Assembly: GCA_046758965.1 (NCBI GenBank)
Contig: JBHIBG010000004.1
Location: 1-64,000 of the forward strand
Reading direction: 5' to 3'
Source: Candidatus Methylomirabilia bacterium
GTDB taxonomy: Bacteria; Methylomirabilota; Methylomirabilia; Rokubacteriales; CSP1-6
Length of the DNA stretch: 64,000 nucleotides
Part shown: in pieces, positions 25,046 through 35,046 of the stretch
Layout: the number at the start of each line of letters is the position of its first letter
How positions within the stretch are numbered: the stretch's first letter is position 1
Made by a program: the position numbers and the translations under genes
Notes under the pieces: model-generated
What the model saw: only the letters and a program-made list of their open reading frames with translations
Databases searched by the model: none
What the model was told of the DNA's origin: nothing

Positions 25046-25815
25046 TCCGCCTCGTCTATTATTTCTACGAGCGCCTTCTCCTCCGACAGGTGAGGGGGGG
25101 ACCGATCCCTCGTCACGTGGGGATCATTCTGGACGGGAATCGCCGCTACGCCCGATCCCAGGGCTTGACGAACCCTAAGATCGCCTACGCGCTCGGAGCC
25201 CGGAAGTTGGACGATGTCCTGGACTGGTGCGGAGAGATGGGGATCCCGGCGGTCACCCTCTGGGTCTTTTCGACGGAGAACCTGATCCGCTCCCCGGAGG
25301 AGGTCTCCGAGATCCTCCAGGTGGTAGAAGAGAAGCTCGCAGAGCTCGCGCGCGATCCGCAGATTCACCGGCGGCGAGTTCGCGTCCGCATGGTGGGGAA
25401 GCTGGAGATCCTCCCGGACTCGACCCTGGCGGCGATCCGACGCGCCGAATCGGCCACTGCCGGCTACGACGCTTTGGTCCTGACGATCGCCGTGGCGTAT
25501 GGCGGGCGCCAGGAGATTGCTGACGCGGTGGGGGCCTTGCTCCGCGACAAGGTGAAGCAGGGGGAGGGGATCCAGGAGATCATCGAGGGGATCACGCAGG
25601 AGGAGATCGGTCGCTATCTCTACGCTGCCGACCTTCCCGACCCGGACCTCATCATCCGCACCAGTGGCGAGGTCCGCCTCTCCGGGTTTCTGCTCTGGCA
25701 GAGCGCGTACAGCGAGTTCTACTTCTGCGACGTGTACTGGCCGGCGTTCAGGAAGATCGACTTCCTTCGGGCCATCCGATCCTTCCAGCAGCGCGACCGC
25801 CGCTTCGGGACCTAA
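25042..25815 (+). CDS. uppS: cis-prenyltransferase (UppS family)
   Basis: PRHVGIILDGNRR, FSTEN, AYGGRQEI, PDLIIRTSGEVRLSGFLLWQSAYSE, RRFG. Confidence 0.88.
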   Translation: MIRLVYYFYERLLLRQVRGGPIPRHVGIILDGNRRYARSQGLTNPKIAYALGARKLDDVLDWCGEMGIPAVTLWVFSTENLIRSPEEVSEILQVVEEKLAELARDPQIHRRRVRVRMVGKLEILPDSTLAAIRRAESATAGYDALVLTIAVAYGGRQEIADAVGALLRDKVKQGEGIQEIIEGITQEEIGRYLYAADLPDPDLIIRTSGEVRLSGFLLWQSAYSEFYFCDVYWPAFRKIDFLRAIRSFQQRDRRFGT

Positions 25816-25910
25816 ATTCACCCCCTTGCCCTGTCCCTGCCCCGCCGCTAGAATTGGGAGCGCGGCAGCCGGGCGAACCGACATTCGTAGGGTTTCTCGT
25901 GAGCGGAAGC

Positions 25911-27047
25911 ATGCCCCGCGTTCTTATCCTGACGGCCAGCTACGGCTCCGGCCATAACCGGGTGGCGCGCGCGCTGGCCGAGGCATTCGCCGAGGCCGGG
26001 GCCTCGCCCCGAATCGTGGACCACTTCTCAGAGCTGGTCCACCCGGCCTTCGACCGCCTGAGCCGCATCCTTTACTACTGGGTCCTCCGCGCGGCTCCCG
26101 CCCTGTGGGGTGGCGCGTACTGGCTCAGCAGCCAGCTCCCGATCGACTCACCCCTGCTGCTCGGGATGAATCGGCTCGGCGCGCGGAAGCTGGAGCGCCT
26201 GCTTGAGACAATGGCGCCCGACTACGTGGTCTCGGTGCACCCCACGCCTGCCGGTGCGTTCTCCGAGCTCCAGGCGCGCGGCGTGGCCCGTATCCCCCAC
26301 GCCACGGTGTTCACAGACTTCGTCGCGCACACGCAATGGATCTATCCCGGCGTGGACTGGTACTGCGTCCCCGGCGAAGCAATCCAGAACGATCTCACGG
26401 CCCGTGGCATCCCGCGAGAGCGCGTGGTCGTTACCGGGATCCCGGTGGGCGCCGATTTTGCGCAACCGATGGATCGCGCGGCTGCGCGCTTGTCGCTCGG
26501 CCTTTCCCCCTGGCGTCCCGTGGTCCTGGTCATGGCCGGTTCGCTGGGGGCGCTCGGGGGCCTGGTGAAAGCGGCCCGGGTGATCCGGAATCTTTCGCCG
26601 CCACTTGAGGCCTTCATCGTGGCCGGCCGGGATGCCGACCTCGCCGCCCGTCTGAGGAAAACGGTGCAGCAGGTCAACGGGCGAGTCCGGGTCCTGACCT
26701 ACTCGGAATCGGTCCGACAGCTCATGGCTGCGGCCGACCTCCTCGTGACCAAGGCTGGCGGGGTGACACTCGCCGAGGCGCTGGCCGCGGAGCTGCCCGC
26801 TCTCTGCTTTGGCTCGCTTCCGGGCCAAGAGGCCTGGAACGAGCAGTTCGCGGCGATGACGGGAGTAGCCCTCCGTGCCCGGAACACTCATGAACTCCGG
26901 CAAGCCCTCGCCCTGGCGCTCGTCGATCCAGGCCTTCTCAGGGACCTGAGAGACAATGTCAGGCGAATCAGGCGGCCCGATGCCGCCCGCGCGGTGGTCG
27001 AGTGCGTTCTTGGCGGCGCGGTTGGGGTTGCCGAACGGGCCTCGTAG
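25911..27047 (+). CDS. MGDG synthase / UgtP-like glycosyltransferase (GT28)
   Basis: ILTASYGSGH, VSVHP, TDF.AH.QW, TGIPV, TKAGG.T..EA, PGQE..N. Confidence 0.9.
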   Translation: MPRVLILTASYGSGHNRVARALAEAFAEAGASPRIVDHFSELVHPAFDRLSRILYYWVLRAAPALWGGAYWLSSQLPIDSPLLLGMNRLGARKLERLLETMAPDYVVSVHPTPAGAFSELQARGVARIPHATVFTDFVAHTQWIYPGVDWYCVPGEAIQNDLTARGIPRERVVVTGIPVGADFAQPMDRAAARLSLGLSPWRPVVLVMAGSLGALGGLVKAARVIRNLSPPLEAFIVAGRDADLAARLRKTVQQVNGRVRVLTYSESVRQLMAAADLLVTKAGGVTLAEALAAELPALCFGSLPGQEAWNEQFAAMTGVALRARNTHELRQALALALVDPGLLRDLRDNVRRIRRPDAARAVVECVLGGAVGVAERAS

Positions 27048-27071
27048 CCCGTGCGGCGTACGGGGATCGGG

Positions 27072-27638
27072 CTACGCACGGAGCGAGCCAGGCTCGGGTC
27101 GGTAGCGGCGCAGCAGGGTCTCTCGAGAAATCCAGATGACGCGAGCTTCGCGGAGGCGTCTGAGGGTCGGACTTCGGCGGCCAAGGGGATGGTGGCTGGC
27201 GAGGAGCGCCCGCTGGTAGGCCGCCACGAGCTGGGCCCAGGTCCGGCTTGACAGGAACCGGCTTTCGAAACCGAGCCGCGCGGTCGCCCCGTGTAAGATC
27301 GTGGTGGCCGCGAAGGCTTTGACCCCCGCGTAGCGTTCGGTTTCCTGGAGGCGCCGGACCAGCTCCCTGAGAGAGGTCACGAAAGCCCGGCGAGCCCTGA
27401 GTGCGGCCGCGTGTCTGCCGGTGTCGTCGTGCAGTTGCGCCACGCGCTCGTTATGAAGATGGATGATCCCGATAGGATCGCCCCGCCGGATCTCCGAGCC
27501 GTCGGCCAGGCGGACGGGGCGGCCTTTATGGCGCACGACCTGGACCCGGAGGGCCCGGCCGACCTCCGCATCCGGCGTGGTGAGCCCGTGGAGTCGGCGG
27601 TAGGCAAGGTCATAGCAGCGGAGGAGCGGACCGATCAT
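27072..27638 (-). CDS. YkoP-like protein
   Basis: HKGRPVRLADGSEIRRGD.IGIIHLHNE, TILHGA.RLGFE; adjacent to a UgtP-like gene. Confidence 0.75.
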   Translation of the reverse strand: MIGPLLRCYDLAYRRLHGLTTPDAEVGRALRVQVVRHKGRPVRLADGSEIRRGDPIGIIHLHNERVAQLHDDTGRHAAALRARRAFVTSLRELVRRLQETERYAGVKAFAATTILHGATARLGFESRFLSSRTWAQLVAAYQRALLASHHPLGRRSPTLRRLREARVIWISRETLLRRYRPEPGSLRA

Positions 27639-27719
27639 GCTGCGCTGAGTGTGTCACACGCCTGGTGAGCCGGTCAAGGCGTGCTACAATCGGCCCACCG
27701 ATTTCAGAAGGAGGTCGCC

Positions 27720-29393
27720 ATGGGTGTGGACCTAAGGCACAAGAGCCGGATTCTTCTCGACGGACCGGAGCGGGCTCCCGCGCGCTCGTACTTCAAGGCG
27801 ATCGGCTTCACCGACGAGGACCTCAGACGTCCACTGGTCGGGGTCGCCCACTGTTGGATCGAGGTGACGCCGTGCAACTGGAACCACCGGAAGCTGGCCG
27901 AGAAGGTGAAGGAGGGGATCAGGGCCGGGGGAGGCACCCCGATCGAGTTCAATACGATCTCGGTGACCGACGGCATCGCCATGGGGACCGAGGGAATGAA
28001 GGCCTCGCTGGTGAGCCGCGAGGTGGTTGCCGATTCGGTCGAGCTGGTCGCCCGCGGTCATCTCTTCGACGCGCTCGTCTGCGTCTCGGGCTGCGATAAA
28101 ACGATCCCCGGGATGGTCATGGCCCTGGGCCGCCTGAACCTCCCCGGCCTCATGCTCTACGGCGGCTCCATCATGCCTGGGGAGTACGGAGGCCGCCCCA
28201 TCACGGTTCAGGATGTCTTCGAGGCGGTGGGCGCGTATCACGGAGGGTCGCTGTCGGAAGAAGAACTCCACCGCATCGAGAGCCGTGCCTGCCCGGGGGC
28301 CGGGGCCTGCGGGGGCCAGTACACCGCGAATACCATGGCCACAGCCTTCGAGATGCTGGGAATCTCGCCGATGAACTTCAACGGCGTGCCTGCCGTTGAT
28401 CTCAGGAAGGAAGAGGTCGCCTTCGAGTGCGGGAAGCTGGTGATGGAGCTCCTGGGAAGTGGGCTCAGGCCGCGCCGGATCATCACCCGGAAGGCCCTTC
28501 AGAACGCCATCGCGGGGGTCATGGCCACCGGTGGCTCCACGAATGCGGTGCTCCACCTCCTGGCGGTGGCCCGGGTCGCCGGGGTCAAGCTCTCCATCGA
28601 TGACTTTGACCGCATCTCGCGCAAGACCCCGCTCCTCGTCGACCTGAAACCATGGGGCCGGTTCACGGCTCCGGACATGTACAAGGCCGGGGGGATGGGA
28701 GTGGTCGCCCGGCGCCTGCTTGATGCAGGGCTCCTCCATTCCGAGGAGCGAACCGTCACCGGACGCACCATCGGGGAAGAGGCACAGATGGCGCAGGAGA
28801 CCCCGGGGCAAGAGGTGATCCGCCCGCTCGCCACTCCGCTCAAATCAACCGGGGGACAGGTGATCCTGAAGGGAAACCTGGCTCCCGAGGGATGTGTCGC
28901 AAAGGTGGCGGGTCACGAGCGGCTGGTCCACCGCGGCCCGGCGAGGGTCTTCGATCGGGAGGAGGATGCCTTTCAGGCGATCAAAGCGGGCAAGATCAAG
29001 GCGGGGGACGTGATCGTGATCCGGCACGAAGGCCCCAAGGGCGGACCGGGGATGCGCGAGATGCTGGTGGTCACGAGCGCTCTGATCGGAGCCGGGCTCG
29101 GGGGGTCCGTTGCCCTGATGACTGACGGCCGCTTCTCCGGCGCCACGCATGGGTTCATGGTGGGGCACGTGGCCCCGGAAGCTGCCGTGGGAGGCCCGAT
29201 TGCCGCCCTGAAGACCGGCGATGCGATCGTCATCGACGTCAAGAAGCGTCGGCTCGACGTGGAGCTCTCACAGGCGGAGATGAAAAAGAGGCTCCGGGCC
29301 TTGAAACCTCGTCCGCCCGCGTTCAAGAGCGGAGCCATGGCCAAGTACGCTCGCCTGGTCTCCTCCGCCTCGGAGGGGGCCGTGACCGGCTAG
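27720..29393 (+). CDS. ilvD: Dihydroxy-acid dehydratase
   Basis: [49 protein letters not shown]. Confidence 0.97.
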   Translation: MGVDLRHKSRILLDGPERAPARSYFKAIGFTDEDLRRPLVGVAHCWIEVTPCNWNHRKLAEKVKEGIRAGGGTPIEFNTISVTDGIAMGTEGMKASLVSREVVADSVELVARGHLFDALVCVSGCDKTIPGMVMALGRLNLPGLMLYGGSIMPGEYGGRPITVQDVFEAVGAYHGGSLSEEELHRIESRACPGAGACGGQYTANTMATAFEMLGISPMNFNGVPAVDLRKEEVAFECGKLVMELLGSGLRPRRIITRKALQNAIAGVMATGGSTNAVLHLLAVARVAGVKLSIDDFDRISRKTPLLVDLKPWGRFTAPDMYKAGGMGVVARRLLDAGLLHSEERTVTGRTIGEEAQMAQETPGQEVIRPLATPLKSTGGQVILKGNLAPEGCVAKVAGHERLVHRGPARVFDREEDAFQAIKAGKIKAGDVIVIRHEGPKGGPGMREMLVVTSALIGAGLGGSVALMTDGRFSGATHGFMVGHVAPEAAVGGPIAALKTGDAIVIDVKKRRLDVELSQAEMKKRLRALKPRPPAFKSGAMAKYARLVSSASEGAVTG

Positions 29394-29482
29394 CGAGATG
29401 GAGCGCCGGCCTCGCGCAGGCCGGGCAAGTTCGGGGTGAGGACCCTGCCTGAGTCGCCGGGCGTGGTACCATCTACCTGACG

Positions 29483-30130
29483 GTGAAAGTCTTGCTTGGG
29501 TCGGGAATTACCCCCGGTTTGCTCGCTCTGCTTGAAGCCGAAGAGCTCTCCGACACGACGGCCCTGGATGTAGGCTGCGGTACAGGCCGATTGGCGCAGC
29601 TGCTGGCCACCCGCTGCCGGCACGTGATCGGGGTGGATCGAGACGAGGAGGCGATCCGGGAGGGCCGCACGCGCGCCGCTGCCCTGGGCCTCTCGAACGT
29701 GGAGTTCTTCGTCGCCGATGTCGAAGCTGTGGAATACGACGACTGGCACCCCGGACTTGTTGGGGCCCACCTGTGCATGTCTGACGCCATCATCGAGCGG
29801 GCCAGCCGCGCGCTTGCGCCAGGGCAGCTCTTGGCCTTTGTCTGCTTTCACGCGGACCACTGGCGGGAGACCGGGGTGCTGTCCAGGTACGCCTACGATG
29901 AGACCCGCCTTCGGAGCGTGCTGACAGCCAACGGCTTCACCGTGGAGCACCTCGAGGTGGAGCAGGAGATTTGCCAGTTCAGCTCGGTCCACGAGGCGGT
30001 GGCTTCTGTGGCCGGGCTTCAGGCAAAGTGGGAGGGCCGTGGGCGCTGGCGGCGCTATCTCGAGTTCCTCGAGGGTGGCGGCCGCACCTTGACACGGAGC
30101 CGCCTGGTCGTGGCGGCGCGACGGGGATGA
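29483..30130 (+). CDS. Class I SAM-dependent methyltransferase
   Basis: ALDVGCGTG, VIGVD, FFVADVE. Confidence 0.85.
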   Translation: MKVLLGSGITPGLLALLEAEELSDTTALDVGCGTGRLAQLLATRCRHVIGVDRDEEAIREGRTRAAALGLSNVEFFVADVEAVEYDDWHPGLVGAHLCMSDAIIERASRALAPGQLLAFVCFHADHWRETGVLSRYAYDETRLRSVLTANGFTVEHLEVEQEICQFSSVHEAVASVAGLQAKWEGRGRWRRYLEFLEGGGRTLTRSRLVVAARRG

Positions 30131-31269
30131 TTGTCACCCAGGTGGCGCTCGCCGAGGCGGTCAAGACCAAGGCTCTCGAGCTGGGCTTCGACCGCGTGGC
30201 CATTGGCCCGGCTGACCCGCCCGAGCACGGCCAGGCATTCGATGAGTGGCTGAATGCGGGCTACGCGGGAACCATGGAGTACCTGAGGCGGGGACGCGCC
30301 AAGCGGCACGACCTCCAACAGCTCCTGGCCGGGGCCCGCTCGGTGATCGCGGTGGCGCTCAATTACTATCAGGGCAACCTGCCGGAGGCCCAGGGGTGGG
30401 AAGGGGTTGCCCGATATGCCTGGGGGCGAGACTACCACGATGTGATGACCCCGCGCCTCGAGATGCTCCTCGCGTTCCTCCGGGAGGCCGGGGGCACCGA
30501 CGTCCGGGGCAAGGTTTATGTGGACACCGGTCCAGTCCTGGAGCGCGATCTCGCCGCCCGTGCCGGGCTGGGGTGGGTCGGGAAGAACACTAACCTGCTG
30601 CACCCGGATCTCGGTTCGTTCTTCTTCATCGGCGTGATCCTCACCACGGCTCCCCTCGACCACGACGCCCCGCTGCCGGATCGTTGCGGAAGCTGCCGGG
30701 CCTGCCTGGATGCATGCCCCACGCAGGCGTTCGTGGCCCCGTATGTGCTCGATGCCCGGCGCTGTATCTCTTACCTCACCATCGAGCACAAAGGTCCCAT
30801 CCCCAGGGCGCTGAGAGAGGGGTTCGCGGAGTGGGTCTTCGGGTGTGATCTCTGCCAAATTGTGTGCCCCTGGAACCGGAAGGCGACCGTGACGCCGGAG
30901 CGGGCCTTCTTCCCTTCCGCCCGATTGCCCGACCCGGCGGAGCTTCTGACCTTCGATCAGGTCGGGTTCCGGCGCCAGTTCGAGGGGACTCCCTTCACCC
31001 GTCCCAAGCGGGGCGGGTTCGAGAGAAATGTCGCGGTAGTGCTCGGCAACCGGAGAGATCCGGCCACCCTTCCAGCACTCAGTCAGGCGCTGGCTGACTC
31101 GGACCCGCTAGTCCGACAGCACGCGGCCTGGGCCCTCGGGCGATTCGCGACCTCGGGGGCTCGGTCGGCGCTCCAGTCAGCCCTCAGGCACGAGCACGAT
31201 CCTCGGGTGGTTCAGGAGATGCTGGAGGCCCTGGCGGAGGAGGCACCCTGTCATGACGATAACCGTTGA
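30127..31269 (+). CDS. queG: Epoxyqueuosine reductase
   Basis: RYAWGRDYH, VDTGPVLER, GWVGKN, CGSCRACLDACPT, CISYLTIE, GCDLCQIVCPWN, HEAT tail. Confidence 0.95.
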   Translation: MIVTQVALAEAVKTKALELGFDRVAIGPADPPEHGQAFDEWLNAGYAGTMEYLRRGRAKRHDLQQLLAGARSVIAVALNYYQGNLPEAQGWEGVARYAWGRDYHDVMTPRLEMLLAFLREAGGTDVRGKVYVDTGPVLERDLAARAGLGWVGKNTNLLHPDLGSFFFIGVILTTAPLDHDAPLPDRCGSCRACLDACPTQAFVAPYVLDARRCISYLTIEHKGPIPRALREGFAEWVFGCDLCQIVCPWNRKATVTPERAFFPSARLPDPAELLTFDQVGFRRQFEGTPFTRPKRGGFERNVAVVLGNRRDPATLPALSQALADSDPLVRQHAAWALGRFATSGARSALQSALRHEHDPRVVQEMLEALAEEAPCHDDNR

Positions 31270-31849
31270 TCCCTCACGCGATGCCCTGGTGATCGTGGAC
31301 GTCCAGAATGATTTCTGCCCGGGGGGTTCCCTGGCGGTCCCGGACGGCGACCAGGTGGTGCCGGTGCTGAACCGATACATCCAGCTGTTTGCCGCACTCA
31401 AAGCGCCGATCTTTGCCTCTCGCGACTGGCACCCCCCTGTGACCAAGCACTTCAAGGCCTACGGGGGGATCTGGCCGCCTCACTGCGTCCAGGGGACGAG
31501 AGGAGCGGAGTTCTCCCCTGACCTCCGGCTCCCGCCGGAGACAACCGTCGTCTCCAAGGGAACCGACCCCGACGAGGACGCCTACTCATGCTCTCAGGCG
31601 CGAGACCCGGAGGGAACGAGCTTCGCCACGGCGCTGGGGAGACTCGGTGTTCGGCGCCTCTTCGTGGGCGGGCTGGCCACCGACTACTGCGTGAAGGCTA
31701 CCACGCTGGACGCGCTGAGAGAAGGGTTCCAGGTCGTCGTGTTAGAGGATGCGATTCGCGCCGTGGAGCTCCACCCGGGGGATGGAGCCAAGGCCAGGGA
31801 GGAGATGAACGCAGCAGGCGCTCAAGAGGCCAGACTCTCGGAGTTCTGA
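31253..31849 (+). CDS. pncA: Nicotinamidase/pyrazinamidase
   Basis: VDVQNDFCPGGSL, RDWHP, WPPHCVQGT, GLATDYCV. Confidence 0.95.
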   Translation: MTITVDPSRDALVIVDVQNDFCPGGSLAVPDGDQVVPVLNRYIQLFAALKAPIFASRDWHPPVTKHFKAYGGIWPPHCVQGTRGAEFSPDLRLPPETTVVSKGTDPDEDAYSCSQARDPEGTSFATALGRLGVRRLFVGGLATDYCVKATTLDALREGFQVVVLEDAIRAVELHPGDGAKAREEMNAAGAQEARLSEF

Positions 31850-32247
31850 TGCTCACCCTCAAGCGGCTGGATCACTTCGGGGTCGATGTCGCCGACCTTC
31901 GGCGGGCCGAGGAGTTTTACACCGGTCTGCTGGGCATGTCGGTGGAGATGCGCCTCCCCGACCAGGTGCTCCTCCGGTATGGCGATGGCAACCTGGCCCT
32001 CTTCCTCCGCCCCGATCGCGAGCCGGGGGGGCTGGAGCAGATCGAACAGCCTCTGGGAAAAAGCCACCACGCCTTTGAACTGCCGTGGGAGGAGCTTGAG
32101 GCTGCCCTCAGGATCTTTCGGGAGCGGGAGATACGTCACCACGCCCCCATCGACTGGGGCGACCACGACTGCGTCTACCTGCTGGATCCCGACGGCAATC
32201 TTCTTGAGCTTGTCGGGTACCGGAGGCCGGCCGCGCGCGTGGTATAA
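31849..32247 (+). CDS. VOC/glyoxalase family protein
   Basis: LDHFGVDVADL, HHAF, VYLLDPDGNLLEL; ATG overlaps pncA stop. Confidence 0.88.
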   Translation: MLTLKRLDHFGVDVADLRRAEEFYTGLLGMSVEMRLPDQVLLRYGDGNLALFLRPDREPGGLEQIEQPLGKSHHAFELPWEELEAALRIFREREIRHHAPIDWGDHDCVYLLDPDGNLLELVGYRRPAARVV

Positions 32248-32248
32248 T
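32240..32248 (+). promoter_or_regulatory. Extended -10 promoter for def
   Basis: TGGTATAAT overlapping the VOC stop, 9 nt before the def ATG. Confidence 0.7.
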
Positions 32249-32257
32249 GTACATTTT

Positions 32258-32806
32258 ATGGCGATTCTCAAAGTTGCGCGTCTTGGGCACCCAGTGCTCC
32301 GCCAGGTGGCGGCCCCGGTCCCACCCGAGGAGATCTCTTCTCCCGAGATTCAGCGCCTGATCGACGACATGATCGAGACCATGCGGGAGCACAACGGAGC
32401 CGGGCTGGCTGCGACCCAGGTCCACACTCCGAAGCAGATTGCAGTTATCGAAGTCAGCGGGAATCCGCGATACCCGAATGCGCCGGAGATCCCGCTCACG
32501 GTCATCATCAATCCCGTGGTCACCGCCCTGACCGAGGAGATGGAGGATGACTGGGAAGGCTGCCTCTCGATTCCCGACATGCGTGGGAGGGTGCCGCGCT
32601 ATACGGCGGTGCGGCTTCAAGCCTCCGCCCGCACCGGCGAGGGCCTTGACCTGGCCGCGAAAGACTTCCTCGCCCGGGTCATTCAGCACGAGACCGACCA
32701 CCTGAACGGTATCGTCTACCTCGACCGCATGCGGGAATTCTCAACGCTCACCCACCTGGCGGAGTGGAACAGGTTCTGGCTCGGCCTTCAGCTGCAGGAT
32801 GAGTGA
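32258..32806 (+). CDS. def: Peptide deformylase
   Basis: GAGLAATQ, EGCLS, QHETDHLNG. Confidence 0.96.
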   Translation: MAILKVARLGHPVLRQVAAPVPPEEISSPEIQRLIDDMIETMREHNGAGLAATQVHTPKQIAVIEVSGNPRYPNAPEIPLTVIINPVVTALTEEMEDDWEGCLSIPDMRGRVPRYTAVRLQASARTGEGLDLAAKDFLARVIQHETDHLNGIVYLDRMREFSTLTHLAEWNRFWLGLQLQDE

Positions 32807-33158
32807 GCAAGCGCTGGCGGTCGTCAAAGACCTGTTCTTCGGGGTCCGGATTCGCGAGACGGCCCGGCTGGTCAGCGTTCCGATCGACTTCGCGCGGTCA
32901 CCGGAGGAGCTGGAGCAGCACCTCTTCGACAGGCATCCGGATCTGGTGATCCTGGATCTGACCCAGCCCGGATGGGACTACGACGCGCTCTTCGCCATGC
33001 TGGAGCGTTCCGAGCCCCGACCACCGCTCATTGCCTTTACGACCCACGCGCTGGCCCGGGCCACCCAGCCGTACCACGACCGCTGTGACCGCGTCGTCAC
33101 CAAGGAGGCCTTTGCTCAAGAGCTTCCCGACATCCTGATGCGCGGCGTCGGGGCCTGA
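32799..33158 (+). CDS. Stand-alone atypical receiver-like (CheY-fold) protein
   Basis: AVVKDLFF...PDLVILDL...LIAFTTH. Confidence 0.7.
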   Translation: MSEQALAVVKDLFFGVRIRETARLVSVPIDFARSPEELEQHLFDRHPDLVILDLTQPGWDYDALFAMLERSEPRPPLIAFTTHALARATQPYHDRCDRVVTKEAFAQELPDILMRGVGA

Positions 33159-33171
33159 GCCTCCATGCTGT

Positions 33172-33327
33172 CGGGACCGGGGGATTGTTTTCGCCGCCCT
33201 CGGGGAGCTTCAGCGGGGGATCACCGACTGTGAGCGCTACCTCGTGCTGGACCCCGAGGCCGCCGACGCCGAGAGCGTCCGCAGTCACCTCCCTCGAGCG
33301 CGTCAGGCCCTGGCCGCGCTGAACTGA
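33172..33327 (+). pseudogene. C-terminal remnant of a SirB1/YchA-like TPR protein
   Basis: RDRGIVFAALGELQRGITDCERYLVLDPEAADAESVR...LAALN*, no in-frame start. Confidence 0.65.
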
Positions 33328-33361
33328 GATCGCGCGCGTTACGCTCCTTCGGCGCTGGCGC

Positions 33362-33797
33362 TCACTCCCGCGCGCTGCTCAGGATTCCAGGCCAACCAGC
33401 CCGATCGAGAGCCACCCGGCCCGGCCCCGCAAGAAGCAAGGTCAGACAGGCTGCGAGGAGGGTCAGTGCGAACTCGTACCCCCCTTGGCCCGCGAAGAAG
33501 CCCTTGGGCAGGTGTACTGCGAAGATGGCCACGAGCATGTCGATGGCGAGGAGCAGCACGGCCCACCGCGTCAGGAGCCCGATCACGAGGGCGATCCCTC
33601 CTATCAGCTCCACCAGGATGACTACCACTGACCAGAAGATCGCCGGCTCGACCCTGCTGGCCCAGGTATCCGGCGAACCCCGAGAACCCAAAGCCGAAGA
33701 GCTTCTGGCCGCCATGAACGAGGAAGACCACTCCGACGACCACGCGCAACGGCAGCAGCTCGAAGCGGGCGAGGGGAGCGACGAAGCGTCCGAGCAT
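33362..33797 (-). pseudogene. DoxX family membrane protein, frameshifted
   Basis: LRVVVGVVFLVHGGQKLFG in one frame, VELIGGIALVIGLLTR...GGYEFAL in another; one base missing at the G-run 33652-33654. Confidence 0.85.
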
Positions 33798-33893
33798 GGG
33801 TTCCCTCCTCTTGGTTGTGGTCTGTACACCCGGGACAAAGCACCCCGGCTTCACCTCTCGCTGGTCCTTGTACAGTCGGAGCCAGCGGGATAT

Positions 33894-34337
33894 TCAACTG
33901 CGTTTTTGCGTTGGGCCCTTTCTCCCGGGCGAACGGGAGAGGCCATGCGATGCGAGGCGGGCGATCAGGGTAGCGTCGGCGGGAGGAAAGGGGTAGCGCC
34001 AGAGCTCTAGGGGCGTGACCCACGCCATTGCCTGCCCTTCCTGTGGGGTGACCTGACCGGCTGCCAGGCCGCAGCGGAAGAAGTGGAGGACCACGGTCCG
34101 CTCCGGATAGGCCCAGGTGATCGTTTCCAGTTTCTCTCCCACCGTCACCTCCACCGCCAGCTCCTCCAGGAGCTCGCGTCTCAGGCACTCTACCAGGGGC
34201 TCACCGGGCCGTATCTTCCCCCCCGGAAACTCCCAGAGCCCCTCGAGATGGCCTCGCTCCCGGCGGGTGATAAGGTAGCGGCCGTTCGCTTCGATCACCG
34301 CCGCCACCACCTCGAGGGGTGGACCCAACTCTCGCAT
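33894..34337 (-). CDS. mutT: MutT-like NUDIX hydrolase
   Basis: VVAAVI, LWEFPGGK..GE.....RRELLEEL, FPPAD. Confidence 0.8.
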   Translation of the reverse strand: MRELGPPLEVVAAVIEANGRYLITRRERGHLEGLWEFPGGKIRPGEPLVECLRRELLEELAVEVTVGEKLETITWAYPERTVVLHFFRCGLAAGQVTPQEGQAMAWVTPLELWRYPFPPADATLIARLASHGLSRSPGRKGPTQKRS

Positions 34338-34353
34338 CCTCGCTGCTGAATTA

Positions 34354-35046
34354 TCAGGCTGGTGAGGGGTGATGTGGCCTGCCACGCCCTCGGTCCATCG
34401 GATAGGAGTTGCAGAAGGCCTTCATGGGGCAGGGCTGGCAGCGGGGCGTTCGAGCTGTGCACCACGTGGCGCCGAAGTCCATGAGCGCTTGGTTGAAATC
34501 GTACGCTTCACCCCGCGGCACCAGGTTGGCAGCGAGCGACCAGAGCGCTCTCTGGTCCCTGAGCCGTTTGAGCGCTTGCGGCCCGACGAAGACCCGCCCG
34601 AGCACCCGCTTGACGTTGGTGTCCAGGATGGGGGCGTCCTTGCTGAAGGCGAAGGCCAGCACGGCGCCGGCCGTGTAGCGTCCGATCCCCTTGAGGGAGC
34701 GAAGCAGCTTTTCATCGTCCGGGAGCTGACCGTTGTAACGGGCCATGGTCTCCCGAGCGATTATCCGGAGGTGGACGGGACGAATGTTGTAGCCGAGGGG
34801 GTACCAGGTCCGCTTCACCTCTCTGAGCGGCGCCCGGGCCAGGGCCGCCAGGGTCGGGTACTTCTCGAGGAACTGGCGATACTTGGGGATGACTCGCTCC
34901 ACTTGAGTCTGCTGGAGCATGATTTCGGAGACAAGAACCTCATATGGGTCACGGGTGCGGCGCCAGGGGAGGTCCCGCCGGTGCCGCCCGTACCACCCAA
35001 GGAGCCGCCGCTGGAAGCGACGCCGGAGCCGCGAGTCCGGGGTCAC
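34354..35046 (-). CDS. mutY: A/G-specific adenine glycosylase, short form
   Basis: RDLPWR, VSEIMLQQTQV, GIGRYTA, LDTNVKRV, NQALMDFGA, C-x6-C-x2-C-x5-C. Confidence 0.9.
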   Translation of the reverse strand: MTPDSRLRRRFQRRLLGWYGRHRRDLPWRRTRDPYEVLVSEIMLQQTQVERVIPKYRQFLEKYPTLAALARAPLREVKRTWYPLGYNIRPVHLRIIARETMARYNGQLPDDEKLLRSLKGIGRYTAGAVLAFAFSKDAPILDTNVKRVLGRVFVGPQALKRLRDQRALWSLAANLVPRGEAYDFNQALMDFGATWCTARTPRCQPCPMKAFCNSYPMDRGRGRPHHPSPA

